From NCBI RefSeq assembly GCF_009914755.1, contig NC_060942.1: a stretch of 64,000 bases of DNA, one strand, 5' to 3'. Positions 14,146 through 29,086 of this stretch are shown here, piece after piece; the stretch's first letter is position 1, and every line of letters starts with the position of its first letter. Below the pieces are notes generated by a model. It was not told the DNA's origin. It saw only the letters and a program-made list of their open reading frames with translations, and did not search any database. The DNA comes from the human T2T-CHM13v2.0 reference genome, Homo sapiens. A program made the position numbers and the translations under genes.

Positions 14146-14934
14146 ATATATGAGTTTTCTGAGGCCGTGCATTAGTCTGCTCAGGTTGTCACAACAAAAT
14201 ACCACAGAGTGGGAGTCTTAACAACAATTTATTTCTCACAGTTATAGAGGCTGGAAAGTCTAAGATCAAGGTGCCAGCAAGGTCAGTTTCATTTTGAGGC
14301 CTATTTTTTGGGTTGTAGGTGACTGTGATCTAGTTGTGTCCCATATGGCCACTTCTTTTGCACAGAGAGGAAGAGCTAGCTCTCTAGTGTCATTTCCTTT
14401 AAGGACACAAATCCTATTGGATCAGGGCTTCTACCTTATGAGTTCATTTAACCTTAATTACATCTTTAGGAGGCTTCATCTTTAAATACAGCTACATTAA
14501 CAGTTAAGGCTTTGGAATATTCATTTTAGGGGGACACCAACATTCAGTCCATAACAAGCTGCCATAATAAATCATTACCGACTGGGTGGCTTAAACAACA
14601 GAACATTATTTTCTCAAATAGTGGAGGATAAAAGTCTGAGATCAAGGTGTATGCAGGTTTGCTTTCTTCTGTTATTTCTCTTCTTAGCTTGTATCTGGCC
14701 ATTTTCTCTCTATGTCTTCACATGGTCTTTGCTCTGTATGTGTCTACATCCTAATTTCCTCTTTTTATCAGGACACCAGTCATATTGGATTAGGGCCAAG
14801 CCTAATAACTTCAATTTAACTTAATTGCCTTTTTGAAGACCTATCTCCAAATACAGTCACTTCCTGAGGTACTGAGGGGTTAGGACTTCAACATATTAAT
14901 TTGTGGGGGCAGTGGGGGCTTATTGCCCATGACA
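14146..14934 (-). mobile_element. MLT1B-like MaLR solo LTR, split by a nested MLT1A-like LTR
   Basis: tatatgagttttctgagg|...|gctgccataataaa...gggtggcttaaacaacagaa...aggacaccagtcatattggattagggcc...tgaggtactgaggggttaggacttcaacata. Confidence 0.8.
14168..14556 (-). mobile_element. MLT1A/MLT1A0-like MaLR solo LTR
   Basis: tgcattagtctgctcagg...acattcagtccataaca; TG...CA termini. Confidence 0.85.
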
Positions 14935-17769
14935 CGATACAAAACACTTAAGATGTGGAACATACTTTTTATGTCTTCTCAAGCTTATGACTTTCTTTGA
15001 TCAGCAAATGTGCAATTGATACATTGCCAGACAATAACTATTATCTATTTCTTTATAAACTAGGTCTCCAAAGGACAGTCATTTGCTAGGTGAGCTCATG
15101 TTCTAATATTTACTTTAATGTAATAAAACACATTCTTTAAAAACATATCCCCAGGAAGCCCATGAACCTGCTTGGTAAAAGAGCATGTCTTTTCATGCCC
15201 ATCTAACCTTCATTGTGTATAGACATCTTGGAATGAAATTTTCAAAAGATTGTTCAATAATTCACATTAATCACTGATTCACAGGACTGTCCCTCTTCAG
15301 TTAGTTTAAATCAGTAAAGATGTTTTAAATTCCATCCTCCACCCCCAACAAAGAGGCTTTGCTGCCCTTGTGAGTTCATTCAGTCAGAGAGAAGCAAACT
15401 TGACTGTCAGCTTCCCAGCTCCTTTGGTATGCAGAGCTGCCGCAAAAGCTGGGATTATTAAGGTTGAGTTTTGACATTTCAAAGGAACATTGGAAGATTT
15501 TGACCCCTTCTTCTGAAATTTGAAAAACAAAGATACTGATGAGAATAAGTCTATTCACTTTAGCTAGTATTATAAGCCAATATAGCCACCCGCACCACCA
15601 ACTAGGGAAAATGTTGGCGTGTATCTTTAAAACAAGATTTATTTCATTTTCTAATTAACTGTCAAGAATAAACAAAAGTAGTCTTTTCAGTTTTAGCTCT
15701 CACACATGGGTTTTTTAGCCTGAGGAGTGACTTCACACACAGGGTCTCTGCTACTCACCTCTCACCACCATCACCCACAATTAAGACTCATTAAGATTTT
15801 CCTCACTTCCATCTTCCAAGGACAAAAATAATGCAGGCTATTACCATTTGTTTTATTCCAATAGGGAAATCCATGGGGGGTTCTGTAGTGAGAATTTCAG
15901 AATTTTCTTTTTAAATCACAGGGCTGAGAAATAATGAGCTCTTAGCTTAATTTCCCTTTATCTTTGTGTAGGAGTATAATGTTTATTCTGCTGAAATTTT
16001 ATATCCTTTTAGACAAAGTTCACTTAGTTTCTTCTATGTGGGCTGGGCCAACTCTGTAGTTCTATTCTTCCACTGATATTGGGGCACATGTGTTGCCACT
16101 TATCAGAAATCTCCAAATCACCAGTCCTATGTGTAGTAAACTGAATGAGAGTGTGTGCTTGGGTGGATCTGTATGTGTGCATAAGTGTACATCTATGAGC
16201 TAAATTTTCACAGCCATTTGCCAAGATTAAGGAACAAAATAGGTGTCTAAAGATATTCTCTCAGCTCCTCTACAACTGCAAGAAACCTTGTGATGATCTG
16301 ACATCATAATTAACTCAATCTTTTCCTATTTGAAAAACAATACAACTTTCCAAATTATCCTAGTTACTCTGAGTAAATTGTCTCACTAACCTCTGTAGAA
16401 TGAAACTTTATTGCAGCATAACCACCCTTAGGCTGCCTTTTAAGTATAACCCACAAAAATATATAAATATGCAAACATCTATAGCCACACACACAAATAC
16501 CTGCACACATAGAGCAGAGACACTCCTTCCTTTCCAGGGAGGTTCAATTAAGTTATTCTTGCATCGTATTCCCCTACTCAAGAAACCTTAATAAGTATCC
16601 ATTGCTTGTTGAAGGAGCCTTTAAAACTTTGCAATTAGGAACTAATTTTTACATCCCTGAATCATTGAAATCTCTCCATGACTGTGTGTGTTGAGAGGAG
16701 AAGAGAGGACAGGATTTCTGAAGGAGCTATGTATAAATTATGCACTGGCTTATTATCTGTATCAGCCCACCCCCCTCAAACTGGTAAAACCCCGAGAAAA
16801 ATTAAGAAAAAGATGGAGAGATGTAGCATCAAGTATTCTGTAGGGATGAACCAAGGTCATTTTTTGAGGTCTTTTGGTCTATTGGTCTATTTATTGGGGA
16901 TTCCTAACTTGCAAGTTTCTTAAGTGTAGCATTTAACACATTCCATAATTTAACTCTTTCATAAATTTCCATGCTACTTACTCACATGCTTGAAGTATTC
17001 GATCACTCCACCGCACCAGGGGAGCAGGAACTCCCAGTGTCACCCATGCTCATTTTCACCCTGTTTACTATGCTTTTTCAAATGCTAAAACTCCTTCATT
17101 TCTCTACTTTTTCCCTTAATCCAATCCTCTTTCTCTCCATGAAAGCCCAGACTTCTGCAGAGGTGCTTCAAGGTTTTCTGCAGAATTGCCAGGAATGGGG
17201 AGAAAGAGTTGTGAGAAAACAGGTGCAGCAGCCCTAGGCTCTGTCTGAGTTCTTATCCTCCACTTCAATAAGAGATAGCCTATTTAGGTTAGAAAATAGC
17301 AATGAGCTCTACATGAAATTTGAAAACCCACTGCTTTATAACTCATCTAACATTCAGACCACAATGATACCTTCTTCCCTGAGGTACCTATTCCAGTTTC
17401 TGTGGTTATGTAGCTCTTGTATTTTTATTCATATGTTTACACCTGCATTTGTTTTCTCTCCAATTAAAATGCAGGTTCTTTTGAGTGCCATCAGTATCAT
17501 TTGGTAGTGTCATATTACAATGGGTTTTAAAGACCCGCTTACACTCTGGCAAAAAAAATTGGATAGCTGTAGAGTACAAGATGACAAGGCACCACGTAAG
17601 AAATCTGTGCTTTCACACTTTCTTCTCCATATTTGCCCTTGTTGCCAAGTCAATCAATCTGTTTGCAAGACAAATAGTCTCATCTTAATTGCTGAACCTG
17701 TTAGATGCTCCTCTTGTAAGATGGAAGAGAGGGTCAGAAAATAAAATAAAAACAAAGAAGCAATTTGCA

Positions 17770-17970
17770 TTGTTTTAGTGCCAAGCATTTACAAAATGTC
17801 TTCATATTATCTCATTAATAAACTCCACAACCATATTAGAGAGATGCTATTATTCTCATCTTATAGGTATGAAAAGTACCTATTAGAGAGTTTAAGACTC
17901 TTGTACAAGACACACAATGGTAACTGACAATCCAAACATAAACCATAATTTAAAAATCTCCAAATCCTCT
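17770..17970 (-). mobile_element. MIR SINE relic
   Basis: tattatctcattaat...ccacaacc...tattattctcatcttatagg...agagagtttaagactcttgtacaagacacaca. Confidence 0.65.
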
Positions 17971-18681
17971 TTTCAAATGGGCTGAGCTACTAGAACAGAA
18001 GCACAAGGGTTGAAGTGGATTCTGAGCTGGACTGGTTGACAGAGTATTGAAAAAAATGAGATCAATTGAGAAAAACCTTTAAAAGATGTTTAATTCCAAT
18101 ATTCTGAATGTTTATTAGCAAGACGTCTTGATGATGGTATTGACCTAATGACCCCACACACGCATGCACAGCTTCTTCCAGGAAACTAAGAGGCTACAGA
18201 CGTGAACTCCTTCTCTCTGCTCCATGTCTCTCCATTTCCCCACCACTTTCCCTTTGCTCTTCCCCTCTCATATAGAAGAAGGTTTGGCCCCATGTGTCAT
18301 TTGTGCTGCTTCCCTATTTACTTGTATTCTTTTTTCTATTTTCTTGCAGCTTCTCTGGAACTTCACTGTATTATTCCTTTCTGGTAATTAACATCTTTTC
18401 TCTTTCCGTTCCTTCCTTCTCTAAGTTATGCAAATCTTTGTACCACAAATAATTTTTTTAATTAACTTTTCACTCCTCAAAACACCATTTGATTTTTATT
18501 TCTCTTTATAATCTAAATCCTAAAAAGTTCTTATTTCTCAATATTCACTTCCTCACCATAAACTACCCTGTTGAAATCTAGCTCTCCTCACTTTGCAGAA
18601 ATGAGTAGCTGAGCATGTACTGATAATCAACAATAAATTTCTTGATAATCGTGTTGTTTGCAATAATTCCTTTTTGACAAT

Positions 18682-19021
18682 TGTATTAGTCTGTTCTCAC
18701 CCTGCTAATGAAGACATATCCAAGACTGAGTAATTTATAAAGGAAAGAGGTTTAATCAACTCACAGTTCAGCGTGGCTGGGGAGGCCTCAGGAAACTTAT
18801 AATCATGGCGGAAGGGGAAGCAAACATGTCCTTCACATGGCAGCCGCACATATGAAGAACAAAAGGGGGAAAAGCCTATTATAACATCATCAGATCTCCT
18901 AAGAATGCACTCACTATCATGAGAACAGCAGTATGGGAGTAACTGCCCCCATGATTCAACTACCTCCTGCCAGGTCCCTCCTAAGATGAGATTTGGGTGG
19001 GGATACAGCCAAACCATATAA
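18682..19021 (-). mobile_element. THE1 (C/D-like) MaLR solo LTR; TSD acaat
   Basis: tgtattagtctgttctcac...gagatttgggtggggatacagccaaaccatat; acaat at 18677-18681 and 19022-19026. Confidence 0.93.
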
Positions 19022-19099
19022 ACAATTGTACCAGTTTTTCAGATTTTGATTCATGTTACAGCTCCAAACTGAAGAAAAAACAAAATTCTAAGAATATAA

Positions 19100-19400
19100 T
19101 AAAAAGTAATTTCAATGTGATTATTCTAATATAACTTCAATGGGAAATATCAGAGAAAATGTTGGTAATACCTAGTCCAATTAAGGATGCATATAACCTG
19201 TTATGCACCAATTTCATTACTCAGTTTCTATCCTAGAGAAACATTGTACATATGCAGACAGAGATATGCATAACAATGTTCAGAGTGATATTTTAAGAGG
19301 CCTAATGTCTATTAACAGTAAAATGGATATATAAATTATAGCATATTCACAAAATGGAAATGCTATACAATAGGAAAAATGAAAGCATTACAACTACAAC
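19100..19400 (+). mobile_element. L1ME-type ORF2 end/3' fragment
   Basis: tatcctagagaaac...aatgtctattaacagtaaaatggatatataaattatagcatattcacaaaatggaa. Confidence 0.65.
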
Positions 19401-19454
19401 CCACAAGTATTTGGTCTTAACCATTTCATAACAAATTAGTTTTAGCTCTAGTCT

Positions 19455-20460
<1,006 letters not shown>

Positions 20461-21581
20461 TTGAGAGAGGAAAAATGTTGCATGTCATCCTCAAGAATTT
20501 GAAAGCTGAGGATTTTGAGAAAAGCTACCATTAGCACAGCTTCCTTCTCCTCTATCCCAACTCCAAGCTACTGTTTCTCTTGAGCCATTAGTCACTGGAC
20601 ACTTTAGATACCGTGGATTAAGACCTTGGACTGTGTTAGGATCCCATGTGAAGGAACTGATGTAATAATTTCTCTACCTGGAGAATACCTAGAGCACAGA
20701 TTCAAAAGCAGCATATTCTGAGAAGAAATAGTCTCTAGAGATGTGTACACCCTGTGGGCAGGGCTCCACTGGGCCTCCCTGCATGTAAGAGGGCTGAGTC
20801 TCCTCAGGCTTTGAGGTGGAAGAACAGAGAGATCAGACAACCAGTGCCCCTTCCTAGTGTTTGAACAGGAGGTGGGCAGTTTCTGGCTACACAGAAAACC
20901 CAAACTAATCACAACTCCTGTGCCTTCCAGCATTTGTAGTTTTCAAGAGAGTTAGGAAACTACAAAAATCAGATTTGAGCACCAGTATACAAAAAAAAAA
21001 AAAAAAAAAAGAGAAGTCAACACCTCACCACCTCACCTAAGGGAGGATACGAGATACAGAAAGAGAAAGATAAGGCAGAAATTCAGAACAGACACCTAGT
21101 AAAATAAAACTGTCATATAAATATGATAAAACATAAATTTAAAAATGGGTTTCAAAAGGATTTCTGGTGCAGCACAAAAATATGCTTCCAGAACTAAAAT
21201 ATAATTTTTACTAAATAATTTGTATTATGTGAAATGAGATGATCATTTAATAAGGACCCGAATTAGTGATCTAGATGAATATAAGAAATACATCAAAAAA
21301 CAGAGTGTAAAACAAAGATGACTATTATGAAAAAGCGGGTAAAGAGTTGATATGTAACATTCAAATCACAGGAGTTCCCGAGAAAGAAAAACAATTTTGG
21401 GAAAGTGTATGTTAGTAACTACATGAATATGAGAAGAAAATTTTTCTGAGCTGAAGTAAGAAGTCTCAAATAGGCTCACAAAGTTTCTGTCTGGTATAAT
21501 GAGAAGAAGAAAGAAACAAAAATTAAAAACAAAGGAAGCTATTTAAGATTAGACAAACCTGAAAATAAAAGAGTACTTGTA

Positions 21582-21873
21582 GGCTGGGTGTGGTGGCTCA
21601 CGCCTGTAATCCCAGCACTTTGGGAGGCCGAGGCTGGTGGATCACAAAGTCAAGAGATCGATACCATCCTGGCCAACATGGTGAAACCCCACCTCTACTA
21701 AAAATACAAAAATTAGCTGGGCATGGTGACGCATGCCTGTAGTCCCAGCTACTCGGGAGGCTGAGGCAGGAGAATCACTTGAACCCAGGAGGCGGAGGTT
21801 TCAGTGAGCTGAGATCGTTTCACTGCACTCTAGCCTGGGTGACAGAGCAAGACTCTGTCTCCAAAAAAAAAAA
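21582..21873 (+). mobile_element. AluSc; TSD agtacttgt
   Basis: gtcaagagatcga-accatcctggccaac diagnostics; agtacttgt on both flanks. Confidence 0.93.
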
Positions 21874-22469
21874 GTACTTGTTTTCTTCCTACCTGCACCT
21901 CTGCCACAGAAAAACACTCAGGAATATCTTAGGAAATTCTTCAACCATTCTAAAAGAGAAAAAAATTAATAATCTTATAGGCAAAAGATGAAGCTATCTA
22001 CACAGAAAAAGAAATCAGATAGGCATTGGATTTCTCATCTGCAACACTGAGACATGAATCACATTATGATACAATTTTCAGATGAAATTTAAAAAGTAAA
22101 AGAAAAGTTAAAATGCAGATTTAATACAGAAAATTTGTAAACTGAAGGTTGGAACCAAGAAAATTGCTCAGAATTCAGCATAGAGACTTAAAGAAAGAAT
22201 GAGAATAGTATAAATTTTAAAGAAACAAGCAAAGTGAGAATTAATTCAAGAGAGTAAAAGAAACGATTTGCTAGGAAGTCTAAAAATAAATTTCAAATTA
22301 TATAACATAAAGCAAAGATTGATACAATTTTAAAGAATATATTCTCAAACCATAATCAGGTTGAGTATTGTAACATATACCACTCAAACCTGGAACAATA
22401 AATAAAATGCATTAAATATGCAATGATTAAATCAAGTTTGATTTGATGGATGCATAATAAGACAAAACT

Positions 22470-22690
22470 ATCCATCTCTCTGTCTTTCTCATCTATTTAT
22501 TCATCTATCCATACATATACATGCATATATACATACATATATTATACATTTATAATTTATTGTTTGACTATATACATTTCTATACATATGTTTATACATA
22601 TATTTCAACCATATTTATATTCCAAATACATATGTATTTATATTCCAAATATAGAAATAGAAAAATATTTCCTAATGAATATACAAAATA
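22470..22690. repeat. AT/CA-rich low-complexity tract
   Basis: Degenerate tata/taca repeats; produces the spurious Tyr/Ile/His-rich ORFs at 22450 and 22521. Confidence 0.7.
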
Positions 22691-25299
22691 CATTTTCTTG
22701 GCTATGATGAATTAAAATTGTAAATCAATAATAAAAAAGGGTTAACAATTTTATAAATTTAGAAATGATAGCACCACTCAGAATAAGCCATAAATGAAAA
22801 ACATCATATTAAAATTAGAAAATAATCACCAGTGAATGACAAAAAATAGTATCTAGTACAACTTTGAGGCTCATCTAAAGATGCCAAAAGAAGTATCTAT
22901 AACTTTAAAGAAAGAATGGAAAATTAATGGTGGATGCTTTCAATGATAGAGTTTGAAAGAGGTAAAGCATAATAAACTCAAAGAAAGATAAGAGGAAATA
23001 CAAAATACAAGAGTAGAAGATAATAAAATAGAAAACAAAGATGAAACATAAAGAAACAACAAAACCATCAATGGCTTCCTTGTAAAGCTTAATAAATTAG
23101 GCAAATTGCTGGCAAAATTTATTTTTAAAAAGAGCATAAATAAGTAATTTTAGAAATAAAAAAGAGATCATTAATATAGATCTGCTCCAGACCAACAAAA
23201 TTATATGGTAATGCTCTAAATCTGTAATGATAAATTGAAAACTTAGACAAAACAGTTATTTTTTCTAAAACTGTGTCAATTACCAAAACCGAGTCTTGAG
23301 ATTTTCTAAGACAATTCATTATAATAAAACTTTGTACTGTGTTTTGCAAAAATAACACTCCTGAATGGCTTTCCTCATGTGTTTTACAATTCTTTGAAGA
23401 ATAATCCCTGTTTTACACATATTTTGTCCCAGTGATAGATATGGAGCATTGTCACCCTCTTTTTTGACCTAGTATAATCTGAATAACGCATCCAGATAAA
23501 ATTAGAACACAAAAATATTAAAATATTTGCATATTCTGGATATAAAACATTCACAAACTACATCTGATATGTGAAAAATTATGATCAAGATGAGTGTATT
23601 TTAGAAATATGATGATGGAACTTTAGAAATTAAAGTAATTCATTGCTTTAAGAGGCCAAAAGTGAAACTAATATGCTCATGTTAATTTATCATAATAGAT
23701 GCAGAAAAGACATTCTATAAAATGCAACACTCATTTATAATAAAACCTATAAGCAAACTAGAACTAGAAGGGAACTTCTTTTACCAAAGGTCACTCTAAG
23801 TAACTACAGTAATTATTATACTTAGTAGTGCAATATCAAAGGCTTTCTCTTTAAATTCTGGAACAATGCAAGATACCCTTTAGTACTGCTTTTTTCTACA
23901 TTGTTTGGAATTTTCTATGTGATGTAATTAAGCAAGAAATTGAACAATTTATAAGGACAAGACAAATTGTCATAGCTCCTATATAAAGAATTGAGTATTA
24001 GTCTTTGGTATTCTAGTTTTCTAATACACTGTGCTATTTTTTGGAATTAAACTAACAGCATTTATTGTTTTAAACAATTCAGAGTATTAATTATTTACAC
24101 ATTGAATTAGTCCCAGGTAGTTATTTGGTATATCAAAATTTATAATCAAATAAAAGTTACTAAAAATAGCTCTGAATCACAATCGTCTTCTTTTAAACCA
24201 TTTAAGTATTTCTAAAATGTTTCATATATCATTTGTTCACACAGATTGCTCATCTGAATGGCCCCATCAGACCTGCTGCCCTCTGCCTTCAACTCAAGGC
24301 TTGAGAAACCTTGTGGAGACCTCTGCTGTCTTGATGCCTCTCTCTCTGGATCTTGCTCCATTTGTGTTCCTGATTTCCTTTGTTCTTGAGATCTATAGAT
24401 ATCCTTCTCATCACTGTCTTTCTCACTCATCCCACAGAACTTCTTTTGCTTCTTGCATAGGCAGATTTTTATACCTTAAATAACAAAGGGCTTAAGAATT
24501 GGGGATACAAAATCCAGAAAGACTTACAGTTTTACACTCATCCACATTTCTTTCCCCAAAGGAAAATAGCAGAACTGACAAATAGATTACATTCCTTGAA
24601 TGACATAGGGTGGGAAGCTAAATAAAGGTGGAAATAGATTAGTATCTGAAAATACAGTCATAGTATAGCAGACACTGTCAGAACCTGTCATATCCCATGG
24701 ACTCTATCATTTCAAAGTACTCTGGCTATCTTTCAATTACCGATCTGATATCCATGTCTCTGTAACAGGACTTTTCTGGAAGCTTGAAAGGTCATGCTTC
24801 CCATACCTGAAGGCCAGAAATGCTGGAAAATTAACCTAATCCCATCCCTTCAGCCTTCAATAACTCTTGAGCAGTGGTATAAAATAATCCCCAAAATAAA
24901 ATATCAACACTGTATAAGGGATTTAAATAAGACACAGTCTCATAATGTAAAATTAAAAATGCCTAGGATGCAATCCAAGTTTATTCAGCATCTGTAGAAC
25001 CAGGAAAAATCTCAACTCTCATGGGATAAGATAACTAACAGATGCCAATGTAGAGATGACGCAAATATTGGAATTATGTAACAGAGACATTAATCAGTGA
25101 TCATTAAAATGCCCTAAGCAGCAAGGAGTATTTTGAAAACAAATGATCAAGCATCAGCACAAAATACAGTAGCTATAGAACCAAATGACATATGTAGAAT
25201 GAATAATTAAATTAAAAACAACAATAAAATAAGTCCTCACTGGACTTTTAGTAGGAGAACGAAGATGACAGAGGAAATAATCAATTAAATTAAAGATAG

Positions 25300-25632
<333 letters not shown>

Positions 25633-28600
25633 AGAAGTTATCCAGTTTAAATCATAGAAAGAATAAAAATGGTTTCAAAAATACAGACCCTGCATCCTGT
25701 GGGACAGTAACAACAGTTTTAACATTTATATCATTGGACTTCCAAAAAGAGAGGGAAAAGGGAGTGGGGCATACAAATATTTAATAAAAAACAAAAGCAA
25801 TGTCAAGACACACCAAAATCAAACTTCTGAAAATTAAGAGCCAAAGAAACATATCAAAAGCAGCGAAAACCACACAGAAAAAAACACACATTCCTTATAT
25901 GGCAACAAAAATTTTTTGTATATATACTCTGAAAGAATTGCTAAAGTTTTTCAGAGAAAAGAAAAATGATACTAAGTGGAAACCCAAAACATTGGAAATC
26001 AAGAATGAGGGACAGAAATAATAAATATCCGGGTGAATATTGTGCATTTATTTTTTTCTGAAATATTTAAAAATAGGTATTATGGTAGGGAATAAAATCT
26101 ATGACATTGATTGGGAATGATATTTTTAATGGCTATGAATAGGACTGCACAAGTTGGTGTGGGCAAAAGTTGGTAAACTCTACATTCCACTTTCAATAGT
26201 AAAACATTTATTTAAAAAATATTGTACAAAGCTAATTAGGGACACTGTAGTGTCTAGAACAGTTAAAAATTAGAGTTGTAGTCAGAATAGAAAAACTAAA
26301 ATGGCATTCTAAAGATATATAAATAAAGTAAGACAGTAAGGAGAAAATAAAGCTAAAAATAAATAGTAAAATTGTAGACCCAACTCCAAACATACCAATA
26401 ATTACACTAAGTGATTTAGATATTCCTATCAGAAGACAGGGAGTGCCAGATTGAATTTAAAAACATGAACAAATTGTATTATTTTTATAAGAAACTCTAT
26501 GAAATTATAATTATTTAGGTAGGTGAAATGTAAAAGAATGGAAAAAAAGATGAGCCATAAAAATAGTAATCAAAAAAGAGCTAAAGTTGCTATATTAATA
26601 TTTGATGTATTATTTGGAGCAAAGAAAATTATCAGGTCTAAATAGGGATATTACATGATGCTAAAAGAGTAACTTCTACCAAAACGTAGCAAAACTAATG
26701 TGCAGGCACTTAACAATACAGTTTCAAAATACATAAAGCAAAACCAAAGGAAGTATATAGACAGAAAAATCTAAAATTTATCATTGAAGACTTCAAGATG
26801 TCTATCTCAATAATATGTAGAACTATAAACAGAAAATCAGCAAGTTTATAAAAATAAAAAGATGTAAATCAACTGAATCTAATTGAGATTTATAAGATTT
26901 TTCACATAGCAACACAGAAGAAATAACATTCTTTTCAAGTACACATAATTGGGTATAACCTGGGCCGTAAAATTCTACCAAACTTAAAAAACTAAATTAT
27001 ACCAATTATATTTTCTAAACATAATGAAATTAAACTAGACAGTTTAAAAAGTGGAAGGATAACTAGAAAATATCCAAACACTTGGAAATTAAACATTATA
27101 CTTATAAATAACTTATGAGTCAAACAGTCTCAAAGAAATTAGAAAATTTTATAAATGGAATGAAGATGAAAATGTGGTGTATTAAAATATTTGGGATGCA
27201 GCTAAAGCAGTGCTTAAGAAGAATTTTATAGAATTAAATGATTACATTAGAAAGGATAAAATGCATCAAATCAATAATCTAAACTGCTAATGTAGAGTTA
27301 GAATAAAAATAAACAGAAGGCAAGCAGAAGAAGGAAGAAGATATTTAATGTAAGCATATATATCAATGGATTTGTAGAAAAAATAAAACAGAAAATGATA
27401 ACAAAAACTGAATTTTGGAGAATATAAATAAAATTGAGAAACTTCTTATAAGACTAGTAAAGAAAATAGAGAAAGTACAAAATTAGCAATATAAAATTTT
27501 AAAAGTATATATTACTATACACATTAAAAAAGAATATGGAGATATCACAAACATCTTTATGCACACACATTCAACAATTTCAATAAAATGGAGTAGTTCC
27601 TTAAAAAATAAAATCTACCAAAAGTTACTCAAGATGAAATGTACAACCTAAAGCATCTTGTGACTATAGAGGATACTGAATTCACAGATAAAAGCCTTCT
27701 GAAAAACAATCTACATCAACAGGAGTTCACTGGTTAATTCTATCAAATAGCTGAAGATCAATCTCACACAATCCCTTCCAAATAATAGAGGAAACACGTC
27801 CCTATTCATTTTATAAGGCCAGAATAATCGTGATTCCAAAATCAGATTGAAATAATACTAAACAACACACCACCATTTCTCATGAAGGCAGACGTAAAAA
27901 TCCTCAACAAAGTATTAGTGAATCTAATTCAGCAATAAATAAATTATCATATTTCGTAAACTTCTAACTTTGATTCTGGAAATATCAGCTTGGTTCAATA
28001 TTCAAAACAATTCATGTAATCCATTATATTAACAGTATGAAAAGAAAAACCATGTGGTCATATCAATTGATGCAGCAAAAGCATTTCACAGAATTCGACA
28101 TGTATTCATGATGAAAATTATCAGCAAATTGAGAATAAAAGGAAATTTATCCACTTGATAAAGGTCATCTGCAAAAAACTAACAGTTAACATCATATTTA
28201 AGGAAGTAAAATTGAATTATGTCCTCATAAGATCAGGAGCAAGGCAAAGATATTCATTCTCAATAGTCCTATTCACCATAATAGAAGTTCTGTTTATTAC
28301 AATAAGCCTAGAAAATTTTTAAACATTTATTTTTTAATTATTTATTTTTTTAAAATATTTTTTTCTTATCACAAATTCATGATTACCTAACTAGAACATC
28401 CCTAGCATCTACAAAATAATACATCTAATGGTGTATTATAGTTCTGTGCAATACATAGAACTAATGAGTTTAACAAGCTTTCAAGACACAAGATTTACAG
28501 AAAAATCAGTTGAATTTCTGTATACTAACAATAAACAGAAGCTGAAATTTAAAATAACTTCAAGAATTTAAATACTTAGATATAAATCTAATGAAACATG

Positions 28601-29086
28601 TATTGGGTCTGTATGCTGAAAGCGACAAAATGCTTGTTTAAGAAATCAAAGGAGGCCTAAAACAATGAAAAATTATCCTGTGTTCATGAAAGGAAAGACT
28701 CAACATATTAAAGATGTTAATTCTTCCAAAATTTATTTCCAGATTTAAACAAATTTATTTCACTAGCACAGCAGGGTTTTTGGTAAATCTACACAAACTG
28801 ATTCTACAATTATATGAAAAGGCAGAGAAAATGGAAGAACAAAACAATTTTGAAAAATGAAAAAAAATTGTAGGATACTACCAATTTTAAGATTAACTAT
28901 AAAGCTATAGTAATCTAGATGGTGTAGTATTAATAAAGAGATACACCAATAATAAAGAGATAGAGCAGTGAAAGAAAATGGAGAATCCAAAAAGAGATCC
29001 ATGCATATATGGCCAAATTGTGTTTCCAATTTATTTTGGATACTAATGCAAAGGCAATTCAAAGGAGAAAGGAAAGTCTTTTTGCT

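Larger units (their letters stand above)
21100..23960 (+). mobile_element. Mosaic of very old L1ME/HAL1-like ORF1 and ORF2 relics
   Basis: ORF1-like aattagtgatctagatga, acaggagttcccgagaaaga, ggcattggatttctcatctgcaacact; ORF2-like aatagatgcagaaaagacattctataaaatgcaacactcattt; strongly A-rich. Confidence 0.6.

Noticed and set aside
18350-18383. 34-nt exon-like unit (ttcttgcAG...CTG|GTAATT), and isolated acceptors at 10239 and 11769
   Set aside because: These lie in pyrimidine-rich tracts where such signals are common; there is no reading frame or partner-exon evidence.
20990-21010. Isolated poly-A run as a possible retrocopy tail
   Set aside because: No flanking TSD, polyadenylation signal or recognisable upstream body.
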